A stretch of DNA of 64,000 nt from Struthio camelus (taxonomy: Eukaryota). Shown piece by piece: positions 22,940 through 35,574 of the stretch. The stretch covers positions 773,359-837,358 of the forward strand of contig NC_090970.1 in assembly GCF_040807025.1 (NCBI RefSeq). Direction: 5' to 3'. The translations under genes and the position numbers were made by a program. Position 1 is the first letter of the stretch; every line of letters starts with the position of its first letter. The notes beneath the pieces were generated by a model. That model did not search any database and had not been told where the DNA came from. It worked only from the letters and a program-made list of their open reading frames with translations.

Positions 22940-24590
22940 GGGGGGGGCGGGGGGGTCAGCCGGACCCTATGGGCCCCTATAGACCCCTATAGCCACTCCC
23001 AGCCCCCCCGACCCCCCGTGAGGCCCTATAGACCCTATACCCCTCCACAGCCCCTATAGCCCCTATAGCCCCCCTACCCCCTATAGCCCCCATGTCCCCC
23101 ATCCCCCCCCATCCCCCCAACCCCCATAGCCCCCATAGGGCTCATATCCCCTATAGCCCTCTATAGTCCCCTATAGTCCCCAACCCCCCCAACCCCCTAG
23201 ATCTCCCCATACCCCCTATAGCCCCCCACCTCCTATAGCCCCCAGACCTCCCCATACCCCCTATACCCCCTATAGCCCCCCACCTCCTATAGCCCCCTAT
23301 AGCCCCCACCTCCTATAGCCCCCAGACCTCCCCATACCCATTATACCCCCTATAGCCCCCCACCTCCTATAGCCCCCTATAGCCCCCTATAGCCCCCATC
23401 TCCTATAGCCCCTAGACCTCCCCATACCCCCTATACCCCTATACCCCCTATAGCCCCCTATAGCCCCCTATAGCCCCCCACCTCCTATAGCCCCCAGACC
23501 TCCCCATACCCCCTATACCCTCTATAGCCCCCCACCTCCTATAGCCCCCTATAGCCCCCTATAGCCCCCATCTCCTATAGCCCCTACACCTCCCCATACC
23601 CCCTATACCACCTATAGCCCCCACCTCCTATAGCCCCCTGTAGCCCCCTATAGCCCCCTACAGCCCCCCACCTCCTATAGCCCCTAGACCTCCCCATACC
23701 CCCAATACCCCCATACCCCCATAGCCCCCTATACCCCCTATAGCCCCCCACCTCCTATAGCCCCTAGACCTCCCCATACCCCCTATACCCCCTATAGCCC
23801 CCATCTCCTACAGCCCCCAGACCTCCCCATACCCCCTATACCCTCTATAGCCCCCCACCTCCTATAGCCCCCTATAGCCCCCCTATAGCCCCCATCTCCT
23901 ATAGCCCCCTGTAGCCCCCTATAGCCCCCCACCTCCTATAGCCCCCCATACCCCCTATAGCCCCCCCACCTCCTATAGCCCCCAGACCTCCCCATACCCC
24001 CTATACCCCCTATAGCCCCCCACCTCCTATAGCCCCCTATAGCCCCCTATAGCCCCCCATCTCCTACAGCCCCTACAGCTCCCCATACCCCCTATACCCC
24101 CTATACCCCCTATAGCCCCCTATAGCCCCCCACCCCCTATAGCCCCCAGACCTCCCCATACCCCCTATACCCCCTATAGCCCCCCACCTCCTATAGCCCC
24201 CTATAGCCCCCCATCTCCTGTACCCCTAGACCTCCCCATACCCCCCATACCCCCTATAGCCCCCCCACCTCCTATAGCCCCCTATAGCCCCCTATAGCCC
24301 CCCATCTCCTGTACCCCTAGACCTCCCCATACCCCCCATACCCCCTATACCCCCTATAGCCCCCTATAGCCCCCCACCTCCTATAGCCCCCAGACCTCCC
24401 CATACCCCCTATACCCCCTATAGCCCCCCCTCCTATAGCCCCCTATAGCCCCCTATAGCCCCCCCATAGCCCCCTATAGCCCCCTATAGCCCCCCACCTC
24501 CTATAGCCCCCAGACCTCCCCATACCCCCCATACCCCCTATAGCCCCCCGCCCCCTACAGCCCCCTACAGCCCCCTACAGCCCCCTATAG
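22940..24590. repeat. Satellite of 1.65 kb, CCCCTATAGCCCCCCACCTCCTATAGCC... type.
   Basis: Read directly. Confidence 0.9.
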
Positions 24591-24599
24591 CCCCCGCAC

Positions 24600-24724
24600 C
24601 GGCGGCCGGCCCGCAGGCAGCGCAGCTCCAGGTCCCCCGCGGCGCCGGCCAGGGCCACCGTCGCCTCGGCCGGGGGGGCCACGGCCTGCGCCCCCCCCGC
24701 CGCCCCCCGCACCGCCGCCGCCCC
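24600..24724 (-). CDS. TEP1: TEP1 E34: GAAAVRGAAGGAQAVAPPAEATVALAGAAGDLELRCLRAGR.
   Basis: Donor CGC CG|gtgcgg, acceptor ccggggcag. Human DTLFLTAFDGLLELWDLQHGCR. Confidence 0.7.
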
Positions 24725-24759
24725 CTGCCCCGGGCCGCACCAGTCCGCACCAGTCCGCA

Positions 24760-25420
24760 CCAGTCCGCACCAGCGCGGGCCGGCCCGGGCCCCCGCCCTC
24801 CCAGTATCCTCCCAGGGCCTCCCAGGGCCTCCCAGTATCCCCCCAGGGCCTCCCAGTACCTCCCAGTATCCTCCCAGTATCCTCCCAGGGCCTCCCAGGG
24901 CCTCCCAGTATCCTCCCAGTATCCCCCTAGGGCCTCCCAGTACCTCCCAGTATCCCCCCAGGGCCTCCCAGTACCTCCCATTACCTCCCAGTATCCCCCC
25001 AGGGCCTCCCAGTATGCCCCCAGTACCTCCCAGTATCCCCCCAGGGCCTCCCAGTATCCTCCCAGGGCCTCCCAGGGCCTCCCAGTATCCCCTCAGGGCC
25101 TCCCAGTATCCTCCCAGGGCCTCCCAGTGCCTCCCAGTATCCCCCCAGGGCCTCCCAGTGCCTTCCAGTATCCTCCCAGTACCTCCCAGTATCCCCCCAG
25201 GCACTCCCAGGGCCTCCCAGTGCCTCCCAGTATCCTTCCCAGTGCCTCCCAGTGCCTCCCAGTATCCCCCAGTATCCCCCCCAGGCCCTCACAGGGCCCC
25301 CAGTCCCTCTCCCAGTGCCTCCCAGCACATCCCAGTGCCCCCAATGCCCCCCCAGGCCCCTCCCAGTGGCTCCCAGTGCCCTCAATGCCCCCCCAGCCCC
25401 CTCCCAGTGGCTCCCAGTGG
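24760..25420. repeat. Minisatellite CCTCCCAGTATCCTCCCAGGGC, 0.66 kb.
   Basis: Read directly. Confidence 0.85.
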
Positions 25421-25435
25421 CTCCCAGTGCGGTAC

Positions 25436-25565
25436 CCGGGGGCCGGCGGGGTCCAGCTCCAGCCAGTGCACGGTGCCCTCGGCGCTGCCGACCACCGCCC
25501 AGCGCCCGCCGGGGGCCACGGCCAGCGCCCGGGGGGCCCCCGGCAGCCGCAGCCCCTGCGCCCCC
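25436..25565 (-). CDS. TEP1: TEP1 E33, first WD repeat: (R)GAQGLRLPGAPRALAVAPGGRWAVVGSAEGTVHWLELDPAGPR.
   Basis: Acceptor gacggccgggcag, donor CGG|gtaccg. Human SLAVSSSPTAVAFSTNGQRAAVGTANGTVYLLDL. Confidence 0.75.
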
Positions 25566-25569
25566 CTGC

Positions 25570-26640
25570 CCGGCCGTCAGCGCCCCGCCACGAGGGGCCC
25601 AGGCGTCCGGGGGGGCCCAGGTGTCCGGGAAGGGGCCCAGGTGTCCGGGAAGGGACCCAGGTGTCCGGGGAGGGGCCCAGGCGTCCGGGGAAGGGACCCA
25701 GGTGTCCAGGGAGGGGCCCAGGCGTCCGGGGAAGGGGCCCAGGCGTCCGGGGAAGGGGGCCCAGGTGTCCGGGGAAGGGCCCAGGTGTCCGGGGAAGGGG
25801 GCCCAGGTGTCCGGGGAGGGACCCAGGCATCCGGGGAGGGACCCAGGCATCCGGGGAGGGGCCCAGGTGTCCGGGGAAGGGCCCAGGTGTCTGGGAGGGG
25901 CCCAGGTGTCCGGGGAAGGGGCCCAGGTGTCCGGGGAGGGACCCAGGTGTCTGGGAGGGGCCCAGGCGTCCGGGGAGGGGCCCAGGTGTCCGGGGGGGGC
26001 CCAGGTGTCCGGGAAGGGGCCCAGGTGTCCGGGGAAGGGGCCCAGGTGTCTGGGATGAGGGGCCCAGGCGTCCGGGAAGGGGCCCAGGTGTCTGGGGAAG
26101 GGGCCCAGGTGTCCGGGGAAGGGGCCCAGGTGTCCGGGAAGGGACCCAGCTGTCCGGGGAAGGGGCCCAGGTGTCTGGGATGAGGGGCCCAGGTGTCCGG
26201 GGGAGGAGCCCAGGTGTCCGGGAAGGGACCCAGCTGTCCGGGGGAGGGGCCCAGGTGTCCGGGAAGGGGCCCAGGTGTCCGGGAAGGGACCCAGCTGTCC
26301 GGGGAAGGGGCCCAGGTGTCTGGGATGAGGGGCCCAGGTGTCCGGGGAGGGGCCCAGGTGTCCGGGAAGGGACCCAGCTGTCCGGGGGAGGGGCCCAGGT
26401 GTCCGGGGAGGGGCCCAGGTGTCCGGGAAGGGACCCAGCTGTCCGGGGAAGGGGCCCAGGTGTCCGGGGAAGGGGCCCAGGTGTCCGGGAAGGGACCCAG
26501 CTGTCCGGGGAAGGGGCCCAGGTGTCCGGGCGAGGAGGGGCCCAGGTGTCCGGGGAGGGGCCCAGGTGTCCGGGGAAGGGGCCCAGGTGTCCGGGGAGGG
26601 GCCCAGGTGTCCGGGGAGGGGGCCCAGGCATCCGGGCCGT
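25570..26640. repeat. GC-rich ~20 bp family (G-strand on plus), intronic.
   Basis: Read directly. Confidence 0.9.
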
Positions 26641-26764
26641 GGGCTGTGGGTCTCTCTGGGACCAGTCAGTGGTCTGAAGGACGCCGTGGGGCAGGCCGGG
26701 GCCGGGTGGGTGGGGTGGGGGGGGGCGGGGGAGGCACCCGTGGGTGCCGTGGGGCAGCACCCAC

Positions 26765-27104
26765 CTGCCGGGGAGGCTGGTGCCCGGGGGGCAGAGCAGC
26801 AGGCGGTGGCCGGGGGGCAGCAGGAGCCCGGCCTGGTGGCGGAGGGGGCAGGGAGGGGGCGCGTTGGCCGCCTCCTGGGCCAGCCCCACGGTCAGCCCCA
26901 CGGCGGCGGCCTCTCGCCGCCCCCCGCCGAGGTCCTCCCGCTCCGCGCCGGGTCCTCCCGGCTCCGCCTTGGGTCCCTCCTCTTCCTCCTCCTCCAGCCC
27001 CACGGCGTAGAGGTCCTCCTGGGCCAGCCCCACGGCGGCCTGCACCACGGCGGCCACCTCCTCCAGCCCCACGGCCGCCACCGCCCCCCGCTGCTGGGCT
27101 TCGC
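26765..27104 (-). CDS. TEP1: TEP1 E32, 340 bp: (S)EAQQRGAVAAVGLEEVAAVVQAAVGLAQEDLYAVGLEEEEEEGPKAEPGGPGAEREDLGGGRREAAAVGLTVGLAQEAANAPPPCPLRHQAGLLLPPGHRLLLCPPGTSLPG.
   Basis: Acceptor cacccgcag, donor GGC AG|gtgggtg, and the length fits phase 1 in and phase 2 out. Human ...QQAANQPLDSPLCHQASLLSRRWHLQHTLRWLNKPR. Confidence 0.7.
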
Positions 27105-27129
27105 CTGCGGGTGCCGGGAGCTCAGCCGT

Positions 27130-29780
27130 GGGGTGCCGGGAGGTCTCCTGCCCCATAGAGAGCCCCAGGAGGACCAGCGAGAGCTCCTGCCCCATAGAGA
27201 ACCCATAGAGAACCAGAGAGATCGCCCGCCCCATAGTGATCTCCAGCCCCATAGTGATCTTCTACCCCATAGAGAGGTCCAGGAGAACCAGAGACACCTC
27301 CTGCCCCATAGACACCCATAGGCCCCCCCCCGAAGACCCAGAGAGACCTTCTGCCCCATACAGACCCATAGAGACCCATGGAGCTCTCCTGCCCCATAGA
27401 CACCCATAGACCCCCCCCGAAGACCCAGAGAGACCTTCTGCCCCATACAGACCCATAGAGACCCTTGAAGACCCATGGAGACCCATGGAGCTCTCCTGCC
27501 CCATAGACACCCATAGGCCCCCCCCGAAGACCCAGAGAGACCTTCTGCCCCATACAGACCCATAGAGACCCATGGAGCTCTCCTGCCCCATAGACACCCA
27601 TAGACCCCCCCCGAAGACCCAGAGAGACCTTCTGCCCCATACAGACCCATAGAGACCCTTGAAGACCCATGGAGACCCATGGAGCTCTCCTGCCCCATAG
27701 ACACCCATAGGCCCCCCCCCGAAGACCCAGAGAGACCTTCTGCCCCATACAGACCCATAGAGACCCATGAGGACCCATGGAGATCTCCTGCCCCATAGAC
27801 ACCCATAGGCCCCCCCCGAAGACCCAGAGAGACCTTCTGCCCCATACAGACCCATAGAGACCCATGAGGACCCATGGAGATCTCCTGCCCCATAGACACC
27901 CATAGGCCCCCCCCCGAAGACCCAGAGAGACCTTCTGCCCCATACAGACCCATAGAGACCCATGAGGACCCATGGACATCTCCTGCCCCATAGACACCCA
28001 TAGGCCCCCCCCGAAGACCCAGAGAGACCTTCTGCCCCATACAGACCCATAGAGACCCATGAAGACCCATGAAGACCCATGGAGATCTCCTGCCCCATAG
28101 ACACCCATAGGCCCCCCCCGAAGACCCAGAGAGACCTTCTGCCCCATACAGACCCATAGAGACCCATGAAGACCCATGGAGATCTCCTGCCCCATAGACA
28201 CCCATAGGCCCCCCCCCGAAGACCCAGAGAGACCTTCTGCCCCATACAGACCCATAGAGACCCATGAAGACCCATGGAGACCCATGGAGATCTCCTGCCC
28301 CATAGACACCCATAGGCCCCCCCCTGAAGACCCAGAGAGACCTTCTGCCCCATACAGACCCATAGAGACCCATGAGGACCCATGGAGATCTCCTGCCCCA
28401 TAGACACCCATAGGCCCCCCCGAAGACCCAGAGAGACCTTCTGCCCCATACAGACCCATAGAGACCCATGAAGACCCATGGAGATCTCCTGCCCCATAGA
28501 CACCCATAGGCCCCCCCTGAAGACCCAGAGAGACCTTCTGCCCCATACAGACCCATAGAGACCCATGAGGACCCATGGAGATCTCCTGCCCCATAGACAC
28601 CCATAGACCCCCCCCGAAGACCCAGAGAGACCTTCTGCCCCATACAGACCCATAGAGACCCATGAGGACCCATGGAGATCTCCTGCCCCATAGACACCCA
28701 TAGGCCCCCCCCCGAAGACCCAGAGAGACCTTCTGCCCCATACAGACCCATAGAGACCCATGAAGACCCATGAAGACCCATGGAGATCTCCTGCCCCATA
28801 GACACCCATAGGCCCCCCCCGAAGACCCAGAGAGACCTTCTGCCCCATACAGACCCATAGAGACCCATGAAGACCCATGGAGATCTCCTGCCCCATAGAC
28901 ACCCATAGGCCCCCCCCCGAAGACCCAGAGAGACCTTCTGCCCCATACAGACCCATAGAGACCCATGAAGACCCATGGAGACCCATGGAGATCTCCTGCC
29001 CCATAGACACCCATAGGCCCCCCCCTGAAGACCCAGAGAGACCTTCTGCCCCATACAGACCCATAGAGACCCATGAGGACCCATGGAGATCTCCTGCCCC
29101 ATAGACACCCATAGGCCCCCCCGAAGACCCAGAGAGACCTTCTGCCCCATACAGACCCATAGAGACCCATGAAGACCCATGGAGATCTCCTGCCCCATAG
29201 ACACCCATAGGCCCCCCCTGAAGACCCAGAGAGACCTTCTGCCCCATACAGACCCATAGAGACCCATGAGGACCCATGGAGATCTCCTGCCCCATAGACA
29301 CCCATAGACCCCCCCCCCGAAGACCCAGAGAGACCTTCTGCCCCATACAGACCCATAGAGACCCATGAGGACCCATGGAGATCTCCTGCCCCATAGACAC
29401 CCATAGGCCCCCCCGAAGACCCAGAGAGACCTTCTGCCCCATACAGACCCATAGAGACCCATGAAGACCCATGGAGATCTCCTGCCCCATAGACACCCAT
29501 AGGCCCCCCCCCGAAGACCCAGAGAGACCTTCTGCCCCATACAGACCCATAGAGACCCATGAAGACCCATGGAGATCTCCTGCCCCATAGACACCCATAG
29601 GCCCCCCCTGAAGACCCAGAGAGACCTTCTGCCCCATACAGACCCATAGAGACCCATGAGGACCCATGGAGATCTCCTGCCCCATAGACCCCCATAGGCC
29701 CCACTGAAGACCCATAAAGACCTTCTGCCCCATACGACCCATAGATATCCATGAAGACCCATGGAGCTCTTCTGCCCCAT
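27130..29780. repeat. Satellite of about 100 bp, roughly 25 copies (ccccatagacacccataggccccccccgaagacccagagagaccttctgccccatacagacccatagagacccatgaagacccatggagatctcctg), 2.65 kb.
   Basis: Read directly. Confidence 0.95.
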
Positions 29781-30780
29781 AGCAACTCATAGAGCCCCAT
29801 GAAGAGCCATGCTCATTTCCTGCCCCATAGAGACCCACAGACACCAGCGAAAGCCATGGAGACCCCTAGAGATCTTCAGACCCACAGACCCTGCTGAAAA
29901 CCCACAGAGACCTTCTGCCCCATACAGACCCATGAACACCCATGGAGATCTCCTGCCCCATACGGACCCACAAACCCCAGTGAAAGCTAGGGAGACCCAT
30001 AGAGATCTTCTGACCCATAGAGACCCATGTAGAACCATGGAGATCTCCTGCTCCATAGAGACCCATAGACCCCAGTGAATACCCACAGAGACCCATAGAC
30101 ACCTTCTGCCCCATAGAAATCCATACAGTGCCATGAAGACCCACGGAGACCTCCTACCCCTTAGAGACCCACAGAGTCCCAGGAAGACCCATGGAGACCT
30201 CCTGCCCCATAGACCTCAGTGAAGACCCAGAGAGACCTTCTGCCCCATAGCAACGCATAGACCCATGCAGACCTCCTGCCCCATAGACACCCATAGATCC
30301 CAGTGAAAGCCATGGAGACCCATAGAGAACTTCTGCCCCCTAGAGCCTCATGACGACCCATGGAGACCTCCTGCCCCATAGACCCCAATGAAGACCCAGA
30401 CATATCTGCTGCCCCATGGTGACCCACAGACCCACGGAAACCTTCTGCCCCATAGAGACCCATAGACCCCAGTGAATACCCATAGAGGCCCATAGACACC
30501 TTCTGCCCCATAGAGACCCATGAAAACCCATGGAGACCTCCTGCCCCATAGAGACCCACAGACCCCAGTGAAGACTCATAGAAACTCTCAGGGATCTCCT
30601 GCCCCATAGCAACCCATGAAGACCAACAGAACCCCACGAAGCCCCATGGAGGCCTCCTGCCCCACAGCGACCCATAGAGACGTCTTGCTCCCCAGAGCTC
30701 CTTGAAGCCCCTCAGAGCCCTCCTGCCCCCCCCGACCCCCCCAATGCTCTGCCCCATAGCGCTGGCCCAGCCCCACTCAC
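29780..30780. repeat. Degenerate ccatag-type repeats (the same theme continues at 30900-31200 and 31310-32060).
   Basis: Read directly. Confidence 0.7.
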
Positions 30781-30894
30781 TTAGCAGGCCCAGGCTGTGG
30801 GGCAGGACCCCCAGGGCCCCCCAGCGCACGTGGGCCCCCAGGAAGCGCAGGTCGCTCAGCAGGGACCACAGCGGCTCCCATAGCTCCGCCTGGG
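30781..30894 (-). CDS. TEP1: TEP1 E31: AQAELWEPLWSLLSDLRFLGAHVRWGALGVLPHSLGLL.
   Basis: Acceptor ccccaccccacggcag, donor CTA A|gtgagt. Human GLLSKFLTNLHVVAAHLELGLVSRLL. Confidence 0.7.
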
Positions 30895-31210
30895 CCTGCC
30901 GTGGGGTGGGGAGGGGGGACGCGTGACCCACGGCAGGCCCCGTGGACCCACCCCCTGCCCCATAGTTCCACCCCTTGCCCCATAGACCCACCCCCAGCCC
31001 CCTAACTCCACCCCCTGACCCATAGCCACCTGCCCCAGAGGCAGCCCCTCTGCCCCATAGCTCCACCGCCAGCCTCATAGCCCCACCCCCGACCCATAGC
31101 CCCACCCCCCAGTCCCATAGCTCCTCCTCCAGACCCACAGCTCTGCCTTCAACCCCATAGCTCCACCCCCAGCCCCTTAGCTCCTCCCCCTGCCCCATAG
31201 CCCCACCCAC

Positions 31211-31299
31211 CAGGTGAAAGGGCAGCTCGGCCAGGCTCTCGGCGTCCGCCCCACTGAAGGTCCGCTGCCCGCTGGGGTCACAGGCCCGCCACAGGCACG
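31211..31299 (-). CDS. TEP1: TEP1 E30: (A)CLWRACDPSGQRTFSGADAESLAELPFHL.
   Basis: Donor CTG|gtgggt, acceptor ccgtggggcag. Human AQLWKTCDADASGTFRSCPPEALGDLPYHL. Confidence 0.8.
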
Positions 31300-32090
31300 C
31301 TGCCCCACGGCAGGTCAGCCCCCACGGATGGGTCCTCCGGGCCCAGCCATGGGTCCTCCCACCCCATAGATTAGTCCTCCAACCCATAGGTTCGGTCCTC
31401 CAACCCCTCAGATGGGTCCTCCAGCCTCACAGGTTGGGTTCCCCCCACCACGTGTGGGTTCTCTGCCCCATAGATTGATCCTCCAGACCTGTAGATGTGT
31501 CCTCCACCCCATGGATGGCTTCTACACCCCACGGGTTGGGTTCTCTGCCCCATAGATTAGTACTCCACCCCCACAGATGGGTCCTCCACCCCACAGATGG
31601 GTCCTCCATCCCACAGCTTGGGTTCTCCACATCATAGACAGGTCCTCTACCCCATAGATGCCTTCCCCACCCCATGGGTTGGGTTTTCTGCCCCATAGAT
31701 TGGTTTTCCAGACCCATAGATGGGTCTTCCACCCTGTAGATGTGTCCTCCACCCCACAGAAGGCTTCTCCACCCCATAGGTTGGGTTCCCCACATCATAG
31801 ATGGGTTCTCCAACCCATAGATGACTCCCTCGCCCCTTAGACCGGGTTATTCCCATCTTAGATGACGTTCTGCACCCCACACATGCGTTCTCCAGCCCCC
31901 TAGATGGGTCCCCCCTGCCCCACTTAGGGGTCATCCACCCCCTAGATGGCTCCTACACCCAGAGACGGGTTCTCCAGCCCCATAAATGACTCCACCACCC
32001 CCACAGCTGGGCCCTCCAGCCCCATAGATGAGTCCTCCAACACCATAGATGGGTCCTCCAGCCCCACAGATGGGTGGGGGCCCCGCTCAC

Positions 32091-32227
32091 CCGCCAGCAG
32101 CTGGTGGGCCCGGGCCTGCAGCCCCCCACGGCCCAGGTACTGCCCCACGGCCTCGCGCAGGGGGGCCCCGGCCAGGTGCAGCCGGGCTCCGGGGGGGGCC
32201 AGCGGGACCCCACACGCCTCCAGCAGC
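32091..32227 (-). CDS. TEP1: TEP1 E29: (W)LLEACGVPLAPPGARLHLAGAPLREAVGQYLGRGGLQARAHQLLA.
   Basis: Acceptor gtcccgcag, donor GCG G|gtgagc. Human PGARLCLPDGPLRTAAKRCYGKRPGLEDTAHILIAAQ. Confidence 0.8.
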
Positions 32228-32239
32228 CTGCGGGACCCA

Positions 32240-33060
32240 GGTGTCCAGGGAAGGGACCCAGGCGTCCGGGGAGGGGGCCCAGGTGTCCGGGGAGGGGCCC
32301 GGGTGTCCGGGAGAGGGGCCCAGGTGTCCAGGGAAGGGGCCCAGGTGTCCGGGGAAGGGCCCAGGTGTCCGGGGGAGGGACCCAGGTGTCCGGGGAAGGG
32401 GCCCAGGCGTCCGGGAAGGGGCCCAGGCGTCCGGGGAAGGGGCCCAGGTGTCCAGGGAGGGGCCCAGGCGTCCGGGGAAGGGGCCCAGGTGTCCGGGGGA
32501 GGGACCCAGGTGTCTGGGGAAGGGGCCCAGGTGTCCAGGGAAGGGGCCCAGGCGTCCGGGAAGGGGCCCAGGCGTCCGGGGAAGGGGCCCAGGTGTCCAG
32601 GGAAGGGGCCCAGGCGTCCGGGAAGGGGCCCAGGCGTCCAGGGAAGGGGCCCAGGCGTCCGGGAAGGGGCCCAGGCGTCCGGGGAAGGGGCCCAGGTGTC
32701 CAGGGAGGGGCCCAGGCGTCCGGGGAAGGGGCCCAGGTGTCCGGGGGAGGGACCCAGGTGTCTGGGGAAGGGGCCCAGGTGTCCAGGGAAGGGGCCCAGG
32801 CGTCCGGGAAGGGGCCCAGGCGTCCGGGGAAGGGGCCCAGGTGTCCGGGAAGGGGGCCCAGGTGTCCGGGGAAGGAGCCCAGGTGTCCGGGAAGGGGCCC
32901 AGGTGTCCGGGGAAGGGACCCCGGTGTCCGGGGAAGGGGCCCAGGCGTCCGGGGAGGGGCCCAGGTGTCCGGGGAGGGACCCAGGTGTCCGGGGAAGGGC
33001 CCAGGCGTCTGGGGCGGAGTCTCAAGCCTCCCCCCTCCCCTCCCCCCCGCCGGGGGCCCA
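32240..33060. repeat. GC-rich ~20 bp family (G-strand on plus), intronic.
   Basis: Read directly. Confidence 0.9.
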
Positions 33061-33084
33061 GGCGTCCGGGCCCCGCCCCCTCAC

Positions 33085-33235
33085 CAGCGCAGGTCCCGCA
33101 GCAGCTCCCAGAGGGGGGCGGGGGCGTCGCCGGGGTCGGGGGTCGCGGCCTGCACTGACTCCGCCCACGTGGGCTCGGCCCCGCCCAGCCGCTGCTCCGC
33201 CCCCAGCACGGCCAGCAGCTGCCCCTCCCCCAGGC
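33085..33235 (-). CDS. TEP1: TEP1 E28: (G)LGEGQLLAVLGAEQRLGGAEPTWAESVQAATPDPGDAPAPLWELLRDLR(W).
   Basis: Acceptor ccccctccccag, donor CGC TG|gtgagg. Human QLHGVLSVWRTLPKGTKSWEEAVAAGNSGDPYPMGPFACLVQSLRSLLG. Confidence 0.75.
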
Positions 33236-33289
33236 CTGGGGAGGGGGCGGGGCCGGGTGTCAGCGGTGGAGGGGGCGGGGCCTCCCCAT

Positions 33290-35215
33290 ATATGGTGTGA
33301 GGGGGAGGGCCAGCTCCCCATATAAGGCATTGTGGGTGGGGCCTCCCCGTATAAGGAACCAATCACTAGACCTTTCCATATAAGGATCTGTGGGTGGGGC
33401 TTCAAGGCACTGGGGGCGTGGCCTTCCCATATAGAGCACTGCAGGGGGGCATTGTGGGTGGGGCTTGCCATACAAGGCATTGTGGGGGGCGGGGCACCCC
33501 ATATAAGGAGTGGTGGGCGGGGCTTCCCATGTAAGGTGTTGGGGGCAGGGTCTTGTTGGGGTGTGCGCCGTATAAGGAGCGGTGGGCGGGGCTTCGGGGA
33601 GGTGGAGCGAATGATGGGCAGTGCCGCCCGTATAAGGTGGGCGGAGCATGCCATATAAGGCAGGGTGGGTGGGGCTTCCCATATAAGGAGCAGTGGGCGG
33701 GACTTACCATATAAGGAGTTTTGGGTGGGGCCCACCATGTAAGGAGCGGCGGGGAGGAGCGGTGGGCGGGGCCACACCATGTAAAGAGCAGTGGGTGGGG
33801 CGCAGTGGGCGGGGACACGCCATATAAGGAGCAGTGGGCGGGGCATACCATATAAGGAGCAATGGGCGGGGAGGAGCACTGGGCGGGAGCGATGGGCGGA
33901 GTCAATGGTGGGGCACACCATGGAGCAGTGGGCGGGAACATGCCATATAAGGAGGGGTGGGTGGGGCCACACCATATATAGGCACGGTGGGTGGGGCAGG
34001 CCATATAAGGAGCAGTGTGTGGGAGCATGCCATATAAGGAGCGGTGGGCGGGGACACACCATATAAGGAGCGGTGGGCGGGGCCACACCATATAAGGAGC
34101 AGTGGGCGGGGCATGGCGCAAAGGAGCGGTGGGCGGGGACACACCATATAAGGAGTGCTGGGTGGGGCACGCCATATAAGGAGCGGTGGGCGGGGACACA
34201 CCATATAAGGAGTGGTGGGCGGGGACACACCATATAAGGAGCAGTGGGCGGGGCATGGCACAAAGGAGCGGTGGGCGGGGACACACCATATAAGGAGCGC
34301 TGGGCGGGGCATACCATATAAGGAGAGGTGGGCGGGGACACACCATATATAGGCACGGTGGGTGGGGCATGGCACAAAGGAGCGGTGGGCGGGGACACAC
34401 CATATAAGGAGTGCTGGGTGGGGCACGCCATATAAGGAGCGGTGGGCGGGGACACACCATATAAGGAGCGCTGGGCGGGGCCACACCATATAAGGCAGGG
34501 TGGGCGGGGCATGGCACAAAAGAGCGGTGGGCGGGGACACACCATATAAGGAGTGCTGGGCGGGGCACGCCATATAAGGAGCAGTGGGCGGGGACACACC
34601 ATATAAGGAGCGGTGGGTGGGACACACCATATAAGGAGCAGTGGGCGGGAACACACCATATAAGGAGCAGTGGGCGGGACACGCCATATAAGGCAGGGTG
34701 GGCGGGGCATGGCACAAAGGAGCGGTGGGCGGGGACACACCATATAAGGAGTGCTGGGCGGGACACACCATATAAGGAGCGGTGGGCGGGGACACACCAT
34801 ATAAGCAGTGGTGGGCGGGGCACACCATATAAGGAGTGGTGGGCGGGGACACACCATATAAGGAGTGCTGGGCGGGACACGCCATATAAGGAGCAGTGGG
34901 CGGGGACACACCATATAAGGAGCAGTGGGCGGGGACACACCATATAAGGAGTGCTGGGCGGGACACACCATATAAGGAGAGGTGGGCAGGGACACACCAT
35001 ATAAGGAGCGGTGGGCGGGGACACACCATATAAGGAGCAGTGGGCAGGGACACACCATATAAGGAGCGGTGGGCGGGACACACCATATAAGGAGCGGTGG
35101 GCGGGGACACACCATATAAGGAGCGGTGGGCGGGGACACACCATGTAAGGAGAGGTGGTTGGGACACACCATATAAGGAGCGGTGGGCGGGACACACCAT
35201 ATAAGGCGGGGTGGG
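33290..35215. repeat. Satellite of about 40 bp, roughly 45 copies: ACACACCATATAAGGAGCGGTGGGCGGGG. Each unit has a perfect CArG box CCATATAAGG (SRF consensus CC[A/T]6GG; it also reads as TATA-like) plus a GGGCGGGG GC box.
   Basis: Read directly. Confidence 0.9.
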
Positions 35216-35225
35216 CGGGGCTCAC

Positions 35226-35355
35226 CGTGGCGGGCGGCGGCCAGGGCGGCCAATGCCAGGCCGAGGGCGGGGCCGTGGCGGGCGTGGAGGCGGCGCAGCA
35301 GGAGGCGGAGCATCCCGGGCAGGGTGGGGGGCAGGGCCGCCAGGTGGGGGGTCAG
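35226..35355 (-). CDS. TEP1: TEP1 E27: LTPHLAALPPTLPGMLRLLLRRLHARHGPALGLALAALAAARH.
   Basis: Acceptor cccccgcag, donor CAC G|gtgagcc. Human LRTLPATVPLLLQHILSTLEKEHGPDVLPQALTALEVTRSG. Confidence 0.8.
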
Positions 35356-35471
35356 CTGCGGGGGCGGGGAGGGGGCGGGGTCAGGGCCGGCCCCGCCTCC
35401 TCCTCCTCCCTACCACCCCCCCCGGAGAGGGGGCGGTGGGCGGGGCCGGAGGGAGGGGGGGCGGGGCTTAC

Positions 35472-35564
35472 GTCGTCATGGCGGGCGAAGGCGCGCAGCT
35501 CCCGCGTCAGCAGCGCCAGGTAGAGGGGCTGCCGCGAGCCGGCCTTGCCCAGCACCAGCCCCAT
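35472..35564 (-). CDS. TEP1: TEP1 E26: MGLVLGKAGSRQPLYLALLTRELRAFARHDD.
   Basis: Acceptor cccccggcag, donor GAC|gtaagc. Human MRLLLVKRESGRPLYLRLVTDHLRLFTLYEQ. Confidence 0.85.
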
Positions 35565-35574
35565 CTGCCGGGGG

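Noticed and set aside
27130-29780. The ~100 bp satellite as a protein-coding collagen-like or repeat gene (ORFs such as MGLHGSLWVCMGQKVSLGL...).
   Set aside because: It is open in several frames on both strands only because the unit lacks stops. It has no start or splice context and sits inside a TEP1 intron between E32 and E31.
35473-35564. LVLGKAGSRQP as the NACHT Walker A motif.
   Set aside because: It lies 3' of the Walker B exon and aligns to human LLLVKRESGRPLYL. The real P-loop is in E22 (GAPGDGRT).
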